NCBI RefSeq assembly: GCF_964355755.1 | Contig: NC_092674.1 | Span: 4,712,001 to 4,776,000 of the forward strand | Reading direction: 5' to 3' | Length of the DNA stretch: 64,000 nucleotides | Source: Antedon mediterranea | Lineage: Eukaryota > Animalia > Echinodermata | Part shown: one piece after another, positions 28,911 through 41,515 of the stretch | How the letters are laid out: every line of letters starts with the position of its first letter | Numbering within the stretch: position 1 is the first letter of the stretch | Position numbers and translations under genes: made by a program | Notes under the pieces: generated by a model | Database searches by the model: none | The model's input: only the letters and a program-made list of their open reading frames with translations | What the model was told of the DNA's origin: nothing

Positions 28911-30710
28911 CTCAAATAAACAAGTGCCAACATTCACACTTTCAAGAACATTATGACTGTACGAAGAAGGATCAAACTGTGGTTGATTATCATTCACATC
29001 ACGTATAGTCACGTGAACCAACACACTGGAAGACATTGAAGGTGTTCCCATATCAGTTGCTACGACGGTAAGATTTACGACTGGCGCAACCTCACGATCA
29101 ATTTCTGTGTCCGTTGTAACTAGTCCAGAGTTGGGATCGATGTGGAACCAATTTGATTGCGGCCCAGTTGTTATGCTGTATGTAATTTGAGCATTAATTC
29201 CTGCGTCTGCATCGGTTGCTTGTACTTGGGTCACAAACGTGCCGGGGTCGGCCACCTCTTGAATATTAGGGTCATATTGAGATGGATCAAATACAGGCGG
29301 GTTATCATTAACGTCTAATATCTCCAAAATGAAATTTTTCTGTGCATTGAGTGGAGGAATTCCATAATCATTCGCAAAAATTGTCAAATTATACGAAGCT
29401 ACTTCTTCACGATCAAGAATACGTTTCACACAGACCAAGTAGATTATGCTGTCTTGTGTTTCGACACCGAAATTACCATCGCCCCCGGACAAGGTGACAC
29501 TGACATTTGTCAGTTCCGCTTCATCGGGATCGTTTACCGAAACCCTCCCAATATAATCACCCGGTTCAGCATCTTCTGAAATTTTAGGCTCGCCGTTTTC
29601 CCCGAAAAACAATATGTAGATTGTTGGGGCTCCCTCATTGATATTTGTCACAGTTATGGTTACAAATGCTGTATTTTCCAATTGTTCTGGGGAGCTATCT
29701 TTAGCGACGACAATAATCTCATGAGTTGCTTGAGTTTCGTAATCAAGAGGTTTATTTAAGTATAAATCACCTGTCACTGGATCAATTCTGAATATTTCAT
29801 CCGTATCACTTTGTCTTCTGTTGATCTCGTAAACAATCTGTCCATTTAGACCTTCATCAAGATCCATCGCGGTAACAGATAAAATCTTTGTATTGACAGG
29901 TGTGCTTTCGTTCACCGTTGCAGAATAACTCGTCAATAAAAACATTGGCGCGTTATCGTTTACGTCTTCAACATTTATGGTAAGCGTAGTAGTCCCACTA
30001 AGCACTGGATCGCCACCGTCGTAAGCAGCTATGACCAGCGTATATTGTGGAACTCTCTCACGATCCAATTCTGCAACTAGTTCAAGATCTAATATCAGCG
30101 TATCTTCATTTGGAAGCGATTTTGATGATAAATTAAAAGTCCCTTCATCATTTCCTGATAAAATTTCATATCTCTGTACGGTGTACTCGGCACTAGAATC
30201 CGCGTCTGTTGCATAATCAATATTTAAGCGTGTTAATGGTGTAGATTCAGAAAGGTTTAAAACGGAAGAGGGACTTAAAAATATTGGAGCATTATCATTT
30301 ACATCTTTGATATTAATTAGTACTTGTATATTATTACCAAAATCATTAAAAACAATGAAGGTACAAGAGGCAATAGTCTCTCTATCAAGTACAGCGTTTG
30401 TTTTAAATGTTCCATCAGTTTCTTCAAAAGAAATATACGATTGACAATTTGAAATATCAAATCCATTTGCATATGGTGGATTGCCTAATGCTCCAATAAC
30501 TGTGTTTGCTGGCTGCCCCTCTTCTATCTCAAATGTAACATCCTGCTGGCTATTAGTTCTAGCAATCAATATTGCTAGGAAATAAAATATAATGGAAGAC
30601 TTCCTATTAAAAAAAAACTTTAAAGGATGATGACAACAAATCATAGACGACATCTTGCTGAAATTTGGTTTTTGTTGAGTGCACAAAAATGTTTGGTTTC
30701 TTTTCATCAT
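28911..30710 (-). CDS. DCHS: Dachsous-like protocadherin, first coding exon (signal peptide plus about 5 cadherin repeats). The start Met may be at 30710, 30653 or 30644.
   Basis: Hydrophobic signal (IIFYFLAILIA) and repeated cadherin motifs LDRE, DVNDNAP and AxDxGxP. The exon ends GTCLFE|GTTAGT at a splice donor (28910), resembling the end of the large first coding exon of vertebrate DCHS1. Confidence 0.85.
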
Positions 30711-31384
30711 AAACCCATAACGTTTTTCCTGTTGTTACGGTGGAAGTTTATAAACAATTTCAATTTTCTTGACAGCAAATAAATCCGTTGATAAATATGT
30801 ACATAAATATCCTTAAACAAATGTGTGCTATAAATTCCACCAGGCTATACTACGAAGCCGCACTTGGATTGGAAGATCGGCTTAAAACTACTCAAACCCC
30901 ACGACAGTGGTGGTGTACGCCGCTACAATTACATTATTGTCTGCTTCAATTTGGTACGTGCTTAGCTAAAACTTCTCCTCACTTTTCCATTCGAAAGGCA
31001 GCAAATACTTACAAAAGTACTTATATTCGAATTACAATAATCAAGACATCGAGTGTTTTATGAAGTACAATCCTTAATAGTTTAATTTATACATTAACTT
31101 CTTACTTCTTCTTACAATCCATCCAGGCACGATCGCTCTCAACAATACCATTCGTTCTCTAACGAACCGAACCACCAAACACAGCTTGCTTGACAGTTGA
31201 TTTGCATGACAGAGGCCAAAAAGCGGCCTATTCAAAAGAGTCAACCAAGTTAAGAGAATAGCAGAATGATCAGCATCAACTGCGAAAGTAGGATAGAGGG
31301 CGTTAAGTGATTAAATCGCACTACCACTATCTCTCAAGGAACGATTTATTTGGTTAGTAGGGCTAATATATTTATATTATATTA

Positions 31385-31515
31385 TTTATCAAAAGGCAAA
31401 TTACTGAAAAAGTGACAATGTTGTGGGTATCAGTGACTGGATCTCAATGAAGATACAAAAGAAAAAGCGAAAAGCTAAATCAAAACGATAAGTAAAACAG
31501 CCAGAAAAGTAATTA
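31385..31515 (-). mobile_element. Fragment of the Penelope-like hammerhead-bearing repeat (no ribozyme core retained)
   Basis: TGACAATGTTGTGGGTATCAGTGACTGGATCTCAATGAAGATACAAAA...TAAATCAAAACGATAAGTAAAACAGCCAGAAA matches 49234-49331 and the reverse complement of 36300-36366. Confidence 0.7.
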
Positions 31516-31742
31516 TATTATTTACATTTACTTAGCCTTCAGGCTAACATAATTTATGTAAGAACGCACCGTGGCGATTTGGCACCAGTGGAGCACAGCA
31601 AATAAGTTACTGAATGTTAACATCTTTTCTAGTGGATCCAATTTGGCGCCAGTAGTGGAGCACAAATAATCACATACAAAAACATCGAGAAAAAATACTT
31701 CTGAAAATACTTCAAAAATATTTCAAACTTCCAGTTATATAG

Positions 31743-32485
31743 CCCAGCTAACAATTTAACGTTCAAATAACGTTAGCTAAATGTTACGGTTACGTTTTTT
31801 TGAATGTTTTGAAATAACGTTTGACCCTTTGTGACGTCCGGAGAACGTTATAACTAACGTTAGTTTAACTTTTAAACAACGTTCAGCGAACGTTAGTTGA
31901 ATGTTACAGTTTATGTTTTTTTAATGTTTTGAAATAACGTTCAAATAACATTCAGATGTGGACCCTTTGTGACGTCCGGAGAACGTTATAACTAACGTTA
32001 GTTTAACTTTTAAACAACGTTCAGCGAATGTTAGTTGAATGTTACAGTTTATGTTTTTTTAATGTTTTGAAATAACGTTCAAATAACATTCAGATGTGGA
32101 CCCTTTGTGACGTCCGGAGAACGTCAAAACTGACGTTAGTTCAATGTTCAGTCAACGTTCAGCGAACGTTAGTTGAATGTTACCGTTTATGTTTTTTGAA
32201 TGTTTTGAAATAACGTTCAAATAACATTAAGTTGTGGACCCTTTTTGACGTCAGCTGAACGTTATGACTAACGTAGTTTTAACCCTCGAACAACGTTCAC
32301 AGAACGTTGAGTCCAATGTTCACCAAACGTTAGCTGAATATTACCATTACGTATTTTGAATGTTTAGAAATAACATTCAAATAACGTGAACCCTTTTTGA
32401 CGTCCGTTAAACGTTATTGTTAACGTTGGGTTTAACCTTGAAGTAACGTTCACTGACGTTATTGAAGACACTCAACGTTGCTGAA
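31743..32485. repeat. 138-bp tandem array (about 5 units) rich in AACGTT palindromes; probable DNA transposon subterminal region
   Basis: The marker GACCCTTT(G/T)TGACGTC recurs at 31823, 31961, 32099, 32237 and about 32388. The array starts with CCCAGCTAACA. Confidence 0.8.
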
Positions 32486-32726
32486 TTTGTCTGTTACAGT
32501 GGCCATTGCCAAACAGCTGTTTCGATGTACTAATTTCGGAACCAATCTCGCATCTCACGGTCACCATAACAAAATCATTAAACAATAAGAATAAAAAATA
32601 CTCAACCTGTATTAATTAAAAGAAATTATTTATTTATAAAGTATTAATTGAATTTATCATACAAAAACAATCAAACAGTGATTTTTAGTATGTACCTATT
32701 GAGCTGTTTATCTACTTTTAGGTTCA

Positions 32727-32760
32727 CTAGCAAATATACCCGCGCGCCCCAGGGCGGGTT
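32727..32760 (-). mobile_element. Helitron-like 3' terminus (GC hairpin plus CTAG|T); the element extends rightwards, other end not defined
   Basis: The minus strand reads ACCCGC-CCTGGGGCGC-GCGGGT-ATATTTG-CTAG|T. Confidence 0.55.
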
Positions 32761-33775
32761 TCAAAATTAGTTTAAAGCTTTCTCAGTACATAACACCCGA
32801 CCCCAGTGTCTCCCTATACTCACCAACCTCCAGCCCTCTTCAATAACACCTCACACTCTTTTTTTAAAACAAATACTTCCCAGGAAAAATTTCAATTCAA
32901 CTTTAGGGGTAGGGGTGTACATAGCTATGATAGGTGTATGATTTAAGTACGTTGTAAACTGTAAAAATGAATAGGTGTCATATTGGCTGATAATTAAAAT
33001 ATCTAATTTTGATACTGCGTCCCCAGCCTTCTTTCTCCTCTCACCATCCCAACCACAATCAACAAACCTTAACTCCTCCCATGGACAGTTCAAATGTAGT
33101 AACTTTTCCTATTACAATTCCAATCATATAGACTACTTCATTATGCCAATATTTTCGCTCCTTCTCCTCCCCTCCAAACACACCCCAGATACTGGGTGAT
33201 GTGTTTAAGACGATTCCAGTACAAATTATGTTAGCCAGCACTCCCAATCCATAATCCCTCAGAAGCAGTTTTCAAAAAAGCAGTTTAAAACATTCCCAAT
33301 ACAGTTTCGGACATGGTGATAAGCTTACATCCCCACCTCAAACTCCATTCCCCTTCCCAGGAATAATTAAAATACATTATCCAACTACAATTCTGGTCAA
33401 TTTGATAGCCAACTACCCCTAGCCTAACCAAAATCCCCACAACCTTCTGAACCTCAACTCCCACACCCTATCTAACCAAATCCCCGGATTTTTGCAATGT
33501 CGTTTAAAACCTTCCGAGTACATTTGCTATAATTTTGATACCCTATATGTATGGTTTCATGCAGAAACAGAAATTTGTATAACGAACAAACATCGAAAAT
33601 GGACCATTTCGATCCTAGATGGCGGATGATGTTCAAATATAGTAGTAGAACACAGTAACAGTAAAGAACGTGTGTATGTTCACACAGGAAATGGATGTCT
33701 GTAATGAGACAATCCAAGAGACCGATACATAGCTGGATGTGGTTAAAGTACTTTGCTAAATGTGTAATTCTATGG

Positions 33776-34080
33776 TCACTATAATAATACGTCTAGATAT
33801 CACTGTAATAATACGTCTAGACGTCACTGTAATGATACGTCTAGACGTCACTGTAATAATACGTCTAGACGTCACTGTAATAATACGTCTAGACGTCACT
33901 GTAATAATACGTCTAGACGTCACTGTAATAATACTTCTAGACGTCACTGTAATAATACGTCTAGACGTCACTGTAATAATACGTCTAGACGTCACTGTAA
34001 TAATAATACGTCTAGACGTCACTTTAATAATACGTCTAGACGTCACTATAATAATACGCCTAGACGTCACTATAATAATA
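33776..34080. repeat. 24-bp minisatellite, about 12.5 copies (ATAATACGTCTAGACGTCACTGTA)
   Basis: Head-to-tail units are directly visible. Each contains the palindrome ACGTCTAGACGT. Confidence 0.95.
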
Positions 34081-34284
34081 ACATAATAAAAATGCAACAT
34101 TGTGGCGTGTTGACCGCGAATGACTAACAATACCATCTTTCCCACTACACCTGCACAACTATTGCATAACAACGCACGACATACCAAACCGTTTCGTACA
34201 CCTGTAATGAAAATATAAAATTCTTTTTTTTTTATTGAGGGCGGCAAACATAACATTTACGAGATCGAATACAGGTTGAAAAAG

Positions 34285-34557
34285 GAAATAAAATTAAAAA
34301 AAATAAAATCTTAAATGTGCTCTCCCTGCCTCAGCGCTAAGGCCCTGCCACAGCCTTTTGGGGTCGTTTCCAACACATCACCAGATGCATTGATGTTGTC
34401 GCCTCATGATGTGTGGTGGAAAGGGGGACGTATAATTCTGTGAACCCCAAACACAGTGGCCGCATGCCTTTAACTCTATTCCACCGACCAGCGTGGGAAT
34501 CGAACCTACGACATACGTGTTGTGAACACGACGCTCAGGTGACTGAGCTAACTGATC
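34285..34557 (-). mobile_element. tRNA-derived SINE
   Basis: The minus strand has an A box TAGCTCAGTC, a B box GGTTCGATTCC, a GC-richer body and a T-rich tail. Confidence 0.6.
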
Positions 34558-36055
34558 ATTTTGGTTTTAACAAGGTTAATGTGATATTTATAATAAAATG
34601 ATGAATTACGTAATACACGTATAAATAGACTATTATCAGCTGTTTAGTCATGTACTACTTTGTGGTCTAACGGGTCATGCTCAGCTTTGGGTGCTGTAAG
34701 CTCTAGTAGATTGGGTTCGAACCTCTACGGATATTTTTTTTTTTAATAAAAAATAAAAAAATAAATAAAATAATGAATATGAATATACCACTGTGCTCAA
34801 TTGAAACCAATTTAGCACCAGGGAAGCAAATTGTATTAACATACAAAATATATTAAAATTCAGTGACTGGACCAGTTGCCGTAGTACTATTTCTATTTCC
34901 GAAGTAAATAAAGGCATAAATGGCGCTCCGTAGAGAAGTAGAGAACGCTCCATTGTCAGAATGAGGCTCTGAATATACCTCAAAACCTACCTCCTTGATT
35001 TGATTTTGTTTAGCGCCCTCAAGCATGAAGTTATTGCGAATCGCGCGTACACGTTGTTACGCCAACAACCGGAAGTGCGACTACCGGAAACGCGTATCCT
35101 ACGCACACACAATATCGGAAACGCGGTAGTCATGGTATCCAACAACAATATGTAAACATTGTAAACGCGCACTAGCCTTTTTTTAACACGATATTGAAAA
35201 TAATTATATTTTTCTTTTAAAAAAAGGCCTTCACAATACAATACAAGGTACCCAGGTCCATTTCTATATGACTTCTATGACTTTCTATAGACTAAAAATA
35301 TTAATCATTAGTTGATTAAAATGGACTGATGAAATTGATTAACTCCTGATGTTTTTTAAACCAAGAACTGCAACCTCTTATTAAAATTAATTACTTAAAG
35401 AATACCCGATCAATAAATTTATATTTTATGATGAAATAAAGGAATACTCAGGGAAGAGTAGGGAATACACATGGAGATATCAGCAAACCAATTGGTTCTC
35501 GCTCGGACGACGCTACGCAAGGACGAAGCGCAACGCAAGCGAGTTGACCGATTATCATACAAAGTTACAGATTTGACCAATCACAAGCGGTGAATTAATA
35601 AGTTGTATGCTTACGTTACGATTTCGCTTACAGTCTTTTTGTTGCGTCCTCTAGTGGAGATCAACTCAGCCAGTCAACGTGCTTGGCCTGCCCCAGAAGC
35701 ATCTCAGCTTAATTGCACTCACTTAAAAACCAGTTACTTAAGCAAACACTAGGACTAGTTAAGAACTAGTTAAGTTTCCAAACGGCAAACTTGTATTGAC
35801 ACAATTAGGCAGTTTGTTGCATCTTCGCTGACCACGACATATGCCATCGTGTTTAAACTAAATCTGAAGTGGTCAGATCAGTTGCTAAGTTAAACACTTG
35901 AAACATTTACAAAATTGAGAAGGAAGTGTATGCAAATAGTACAATTTTGTGACGTATTATAGGCCTAGACGTTCAGGATTTCTTTTAATGTTAAATTGTT
36001 AAAACAATAACTACATTATTCGTTTATTGATCCTGCGCAATTTGATTGATAAGCT

Positions 36056-36127
36056 GGTTCTATGGTGTAATGGTTAGCACTCTGGACTTTGAATCCAGCG
36101 ATCCGAGTTCAAGTCTCGGTAGAACCT
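36056..36127 (+). tRNA. tRNA-Gln (TTG)
   Basis: 72-nt cloverleaf GGTTCTA...TAGAACC-T with anticodon loop CTTTGAA, intact A and B boxes, and a T6 terminator immediately downstream. Confidence 0.95.
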
Positions 36128-36256
36128 CATTTTTTAGGGGAAGCTGACTCATTTTTTAGTTACAGCGATGTATTTTGCTTTAGCTTCCCCTTGCCCAGCA
36201 TTTTTTCATCTCTTTTATATATATATATATATATTTATATTGTTATATTGTTATAC

Positions 36257-36297
36257 TTGCACTGATGAAGGGCTAGTGTTGCCCGAAAGCTCTGCTA
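36257..36297 (+). ncRNA. Minimal type I hammerhead ribozyme motif (Penelope-like element type)
   Basis: GCA-CTGATGA-A-GGGC(TAGTGTT)GCCC-GAAA-GC-TC-TGC. This gives the conserved core, stem II, a palindromic mini stem III (AGCT) and stem I GCA/TGC. Confidence 0.7.
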
Positions 36298-36359
36298 ACC
36301 TTTCTGGCTTTTTTACTTATCGTTTTGATTTAGCTTTTCGCTTTTTTTTGTATCTTCAT

Positions 36360-37386
36360 TGAGATCATGCAATAATTGGCTGATCGACAATCAACTTTCG
36401 CTTCATATGGGTAAGACCGAATGCATCCTGTTTGGTTCTAAACGTAGATTAAGCAAAGTAAACGAATTCTATATTGATTGCTTTGGAACGACTATAAATG
36501 GATCAAAATCTATCAAATACCTAGGTATTGAGATTGACCAAAATGTATCAGGTGACGTCATTGCCCGCTCTGTTATAAACAAAGCAAACGGCAGACTGAA
36601 ATTTCTGTACCGACAATCATCATTTCTTAATTCACATTGTCGCAAAATTCTTAGTTTTGCTTTAATCCAACCGATGTTCGATTATTCGGTTTGCTCATGG
36701 TCTTCTACGGTAAATAAAAATTTAAAATCAAAATTACAAACGACTCAAAACAAAATGGTTCGTTTTATAAAAAAGTTAGGTCCCCGATCTCATGTTGGTC
36801 AATCTCAGCTAAACGACGTTGGTATGTTAAAAGTCCAAGACCGTGTCGAATTTCTTAGAGTCTGTCATGTTTTTAAAATATATAATCAGTGTTGTCCACC
36901 TTTTATGCAATCGTTTTATTAGAATTTCAGACAGTCATAATTACAATACTAGGGGATGCAATTTTAATTTTAGAATCCCAACTATCAAGCCAATGGCACA
37001 TGTGACCTTTTTTTACAATGCTATTAAAGAATGGAATAATTTACCAATTAACATTAAGGAATCACAAACTGTTTGTTGTTTTAAAAGTAAAGTTAAAAAG
37101 TATCTACAGGAACGTTCACTAGCTCTAGAAACTATTTAATTAGCGCTTCTTCTTTTTTCGATTGTCCTTTTTGCTGTTTTTTGTAATTTTTATATGTTGC
37201 TTTGTTTGTCTTTTTTGCTGTTCTTTCAAAGGACCTCATTGGAAACAAGTCCGTAGAGGACTTTTATGAGTTATCCTTGGCATCCTTGTTTTATATTGGT
37301 ATTTTTATATTTGCCAATTTTAATTGTATGTCTGTGATATTTTATGTACTGATGCCGAAATAAATCAAATCAAATCAAATCAAATC
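36360..37386 (+). mobile_element. 5'-truncated non-LTR retrotransposon (CR1/L2 group): RT C-terminus, 3' UTR and (AAATC)n tail
   Basis: ORFs 36359-36922 and 36843-37139 are joined by a frameshift and carry WLxxNxLSL..KTE.ILFG, KYLG, LIQPxFDY and WNxLP motifs. The element ends in AATAAATC(AAATC)4. Confidence 0.9.
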
Positions 37387-38321
37387 ATCCAGCCACTGAT
37401 ATCCACAGCATTGTCATTTTGTATCTCCATTGCGATCCAGCCACTGATACCCACAGCATTGTCATTTTTTCAGTAATTTGCCTTTGGATTTATATCTATA
37501 TTGTATTTATTTTATGCTGGTCGAATAAATAAACGGAACAAAAACGAAATTTTCTCATTCGATTTTTGTCTTTTTCTAGGAGCCTTTTTCTTCTTAATAT
37601 CTCTACTCCGTTATTAGAACAAATTCGATGGGATATAGAGAATTCCTATATTGTATTAATAATTATTATTTCAACACATTTCGTATATTCATATTATATA
37701 TACATTATATTATGTATATTCAATAAGTATAATTACTTTTAAAAACAAGAGAGGAACAAAAATCTTCGAATGTGACGCAATTGTGTCTGACTTTGTGGCC
37801 TTCGGATGTTGAGTATTGAGGCTTGGTCCACACTTGGACCCAACGCAAGGACATACACACAACGCAAGTAATTTGACCAATCACAATAAACTATTTGAAT
37901 GACACGTCACTTTCGATTGGTCAACATACTTTTGCGCGTACTTCACTGCGTTGCGTCTAAACAAGATCCAATCTTGCAATTTCCTCAAATCATTAAGAAG
38001 AATTACTTTAAAATGTATTAAGAATAACTTGTATGTAACATTCTAGAAACATTGTCAACTGAGTTATTGATCTGTGGATAGAGGACGCTTGAAGAGTGCA
38101 GCGAGGCGTGTGATTCGATGACGGGATGGGTCGAGAGTGACACGCGAAAGTTGATTCTAGCTAAATGTTTGTTGTTCCAAATTTAGCCGAACTGGGAAAT
38201 ATAATAATCTAATTATGTGATTAAAAGCAATTAATCAAGATGAACTATTTAGAATTTACGAATCAAGGGACTTACAGAGCAATGGCATAGGAAGTGGTTG
38301 TACAAATTGTTTGATTCAAAT

Positions 38322-38554
38322 GGTAATGATGATGACGATGATGATGATTATGATGATGATGATGAGGATGATCAAGACGAGGATGATGATCATGATGATC
38401 ATGACGATGATGATCATCATGATGATCATCATGATCATGACGATGATGATGATCATGATGCTGATCATGATGATCGTAATGATGATGATGATGATGATCA
38501 TGACGATGATGATGATCATGACGATGATGATGATCGTGATGATGATCATGATCC

Positions 38555-38588
<34 letters not shown>

Positions 38589-38610
38589 AGTGATAATGAC
38601 GTTGATGATT
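38322..38610. repeat. Degenerate (GAT)n microsatellite
   Basis: About 95 GAT/CAT/GAC triplets. Confidence 0.95.
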
Positions 38611-40121
38611 TCGAAGACTGCTCCACCTCTATATGAATCTGCCTATGGATGTTGATAATCAAAGAATAGCAGGCTAATGTGATGATTATGACGTCACTGA
38701 AGGTAGATAATATATTTAGATGGTGGTGAATAATTGTTTGTGATTGTATATTAACTATTATGATGACTGAGTGGTAATGAATATATGAGGATGATGATGA
38801 TGATGAAAGATTATTCCAATGTATTGTTTAAAGATGTATTGTCCATGTAAATTAATTGTTGTTTTATCCTATTTTTGGTAAAAGTGAATAACTATTATGT
38901 GACATTAAAATGACATATTAAACACAATTTAGAAAAAAAAAATTTTTCCTGGGACAATATATCTTCAATATGTTCATCATTTTGCTATTCATTAATCACA
39001 GCATAGCTCATATAACACACATGCGCACAAGGTTACATCCCCAATTTTGAACGATTGGTTACAGACGACTACTTGTTTATTCATTTTATTTCAGACAAAT
39101 CACTGCACATAATGGTTGTTGAAAATGTCGTGTATTTAACAAGAGGAATACCATAGTGACGTTTTTATAATGAGGCCAGGCCATGTGCTGTGTTTTTAGA
39201 CGAGCAGCGATGCGCGCTTCACGATTCATTGTTGCATGCACTTTTTCGATGGAAATAAATTGAATTATAAGAAATTCGAACTTGGTTGCTTTTAGCTCTG
39301 TTTACACGAGATGAAATTGGCAACGATATCAAAACAGGAGGAATAGCATGCTATGCGTCTCCTCTTCAATTTCATATCATAAGAAGTTAATCCACATGGC
39401 CATAATGTATTTATTTTAATTTATTATTTGTCCACTACTACAAGTCTTAATCCACGAACTTTATTGCTTAAGAAATTAAAAATGACTTTTGGTTTTATTA
39501 GGTCTACATATATTAATATAATCAATAATGTGATATATTAATATAATCAATAATGTGATATATTAATTAAGTTGATATTGTTATCAATAAAGCATCATCA
39601 TTTTGAAACTGAAAGTTTTAATGTTTAACAAAAATAATTAGGCCTACTGTAGCCTATACTTCATTTGATTTATTTTCATCTGCTTAAAATGCATACACAG
39701 ATAATGAAAAGATATACAGACAAATAACAGTGGAGTTTACAGTGAGGAGACTAAGATAAAGAACATATCAACTTTGTTGTGGTCCACCAGTCAAAGTTTC
39801 GATTTTTTAAATGTTTAGCTAATAAAGTATTATGTATGAAACACCGTGTTTGCCAAAATGTTTATCTTGTGACCATGATATTAAGTTGAATCATGGTACA
39901 AAATTCACTGCACTCGTCCCATCTCCTTTTATCAATATAATTAAACAAAAGTAAAATCGAAACACAAACAAAAACAAAACTCATCAGAGACAAAGAGACA
40001 GGAACTTATTTTTCAATTGGGGAAGGGGCCCTGATTCTGACATGCTCATTTAATGATCCACTGTTCTACAAGGGATAATTTAAAAACCATAAGCACATTG
40101 ATGTTCGTTTCCTTATTTCAA

Positions 40122-40253
40122 AAGTTCTGTCTACACTATAAAACTTTATTTGTCAATACATATGATGATGTCATATTACTACCATATTTGTGCATATCAC
40201 TACCTAATATATGTGCATATCACTACCATATTTGGGCACATAGACGGAGCCTT
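40122..40253. mobile_element. MITE family A copy (diverged)
   Basis: AAGTTCTGTCTACACTATAAAAC ... TAGACGGAGC with internal CATATCACTACC repeats. Confidence 0.7.
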
Positions 40254-41448
40254 AGTCGAGGTAAATTGAAAATGAGATTACGTTCATAATGTCACTGTCC
40301 ATGACCTTCTTTTTCCAATAGCACTTTTGAATATTAACGAATTGATTCCTATTTTGAGGAAATAGATAATTGTAATGTGTTCCTAAATTAGTGGTAGGCA
40401 TAGAAAGTGTAGACACAGGTATATGCTTTGCGAATTCCCCTGTCGTAGGCTTAACACCATACCATGTCCGTAATTGATGTCATTTTCTAACGAGCAAATC
40501 CGGAAATTACCCAAGAATAATACTATGACCTAACAAATGAAATTAACCCACTTTTAAAACAAAAATAAGCATGAACACGTAGAATAAAACCCGTGTTTTT
40601 CGCGTAACAAAATCAATCGATGCTTTTGTACAGACGTAATATGCGCGTTGCTTACTTCATACCAATCAGACGTTGAAAGGTAATTTGTACTCCTCCTGGG
40701 TAAAGCTCTTTATTAAAATCAACGTTGTATCACTTAAAGACCTTTGGGAAATCAACCCCCGGGATGTTAATTCACTTTGGACAAAATCTGTAGGCAGTCT
40801 CGTAGCAACCTTATGGTTTATGTTATTGTCCTCAGATATAACAATTCTATGATGTTAGCTCATGGAGGAATGGTTAACTAAAGACAGTGATACCAACCTA
40901 GATACGAAGGCCTAGACATTACAATGCATTACTATGTAAAATGCACAGGTTTAATAAGTTACGATTTGTTATTACAACAAGTTTGCTAATTTATTTATAC
41001 AAACATTTCAATATTTTATTGACTTTTAATTTATTTGTATATATGTATATACTTTAAAAAAAACATTATCTGAAATAATACAAAATAATTAAAATAATAA
41101 TAATATAATATTACAAAATCGCAATTATACATTTATTTTTAAAAACCACACACAAGAGAGAACAATCTAAACTATGTTTTATTTTATTATGTACATGGTG
41201 TATTTAAAAAACATTAATTTTAAAAGTTACCGGATGTTGAAATGCCCGGTACTGAAAACGCTATCTCTAACAATAATATTAGAAATCGCAATTATAAATT
41301 TTTTTTTTTTTAAACACCACACACAAGACAGGACAATCTAAACAATTGTCGTAATTGTTGAACTCTTCACAACAAAAACGTAATTAATGGTTGATAAGTG
41401 AATTGAGGATTTCAGTTTATAATAAAATAAAATACAGTAATCATGAAT

Positions 41449-41454
41449 GTCTCT

Positions 41455-41515
<61 letters not shown>

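Noticed and set aside
31743-32485. Possible CRISPR array
   Set aside because: Whole 138-bp units repeat, with no repeat-spacer structure.
33756-34256. Repetitive ORFs (IIRLDVTV / VTSRRII) and a CRISPR-like appearance
   Set aside because: These are translations of a 24-bp head-to-tail minisatellite. There are no unique spacers and no cas genes, and the context is eukaryotic.
34662-34735. tRNA-like B box (GGTTCGAACC) on the + strand
   Set aside because: No coherent cloverleaf could be built; probably decayed SINE sequence.
38298-38655. Poly-Asp, poly-Met and poly-Ile ORFs
   Set aside because: Reading frames of a (GAT)n microsatellite, with no splice or homology support.
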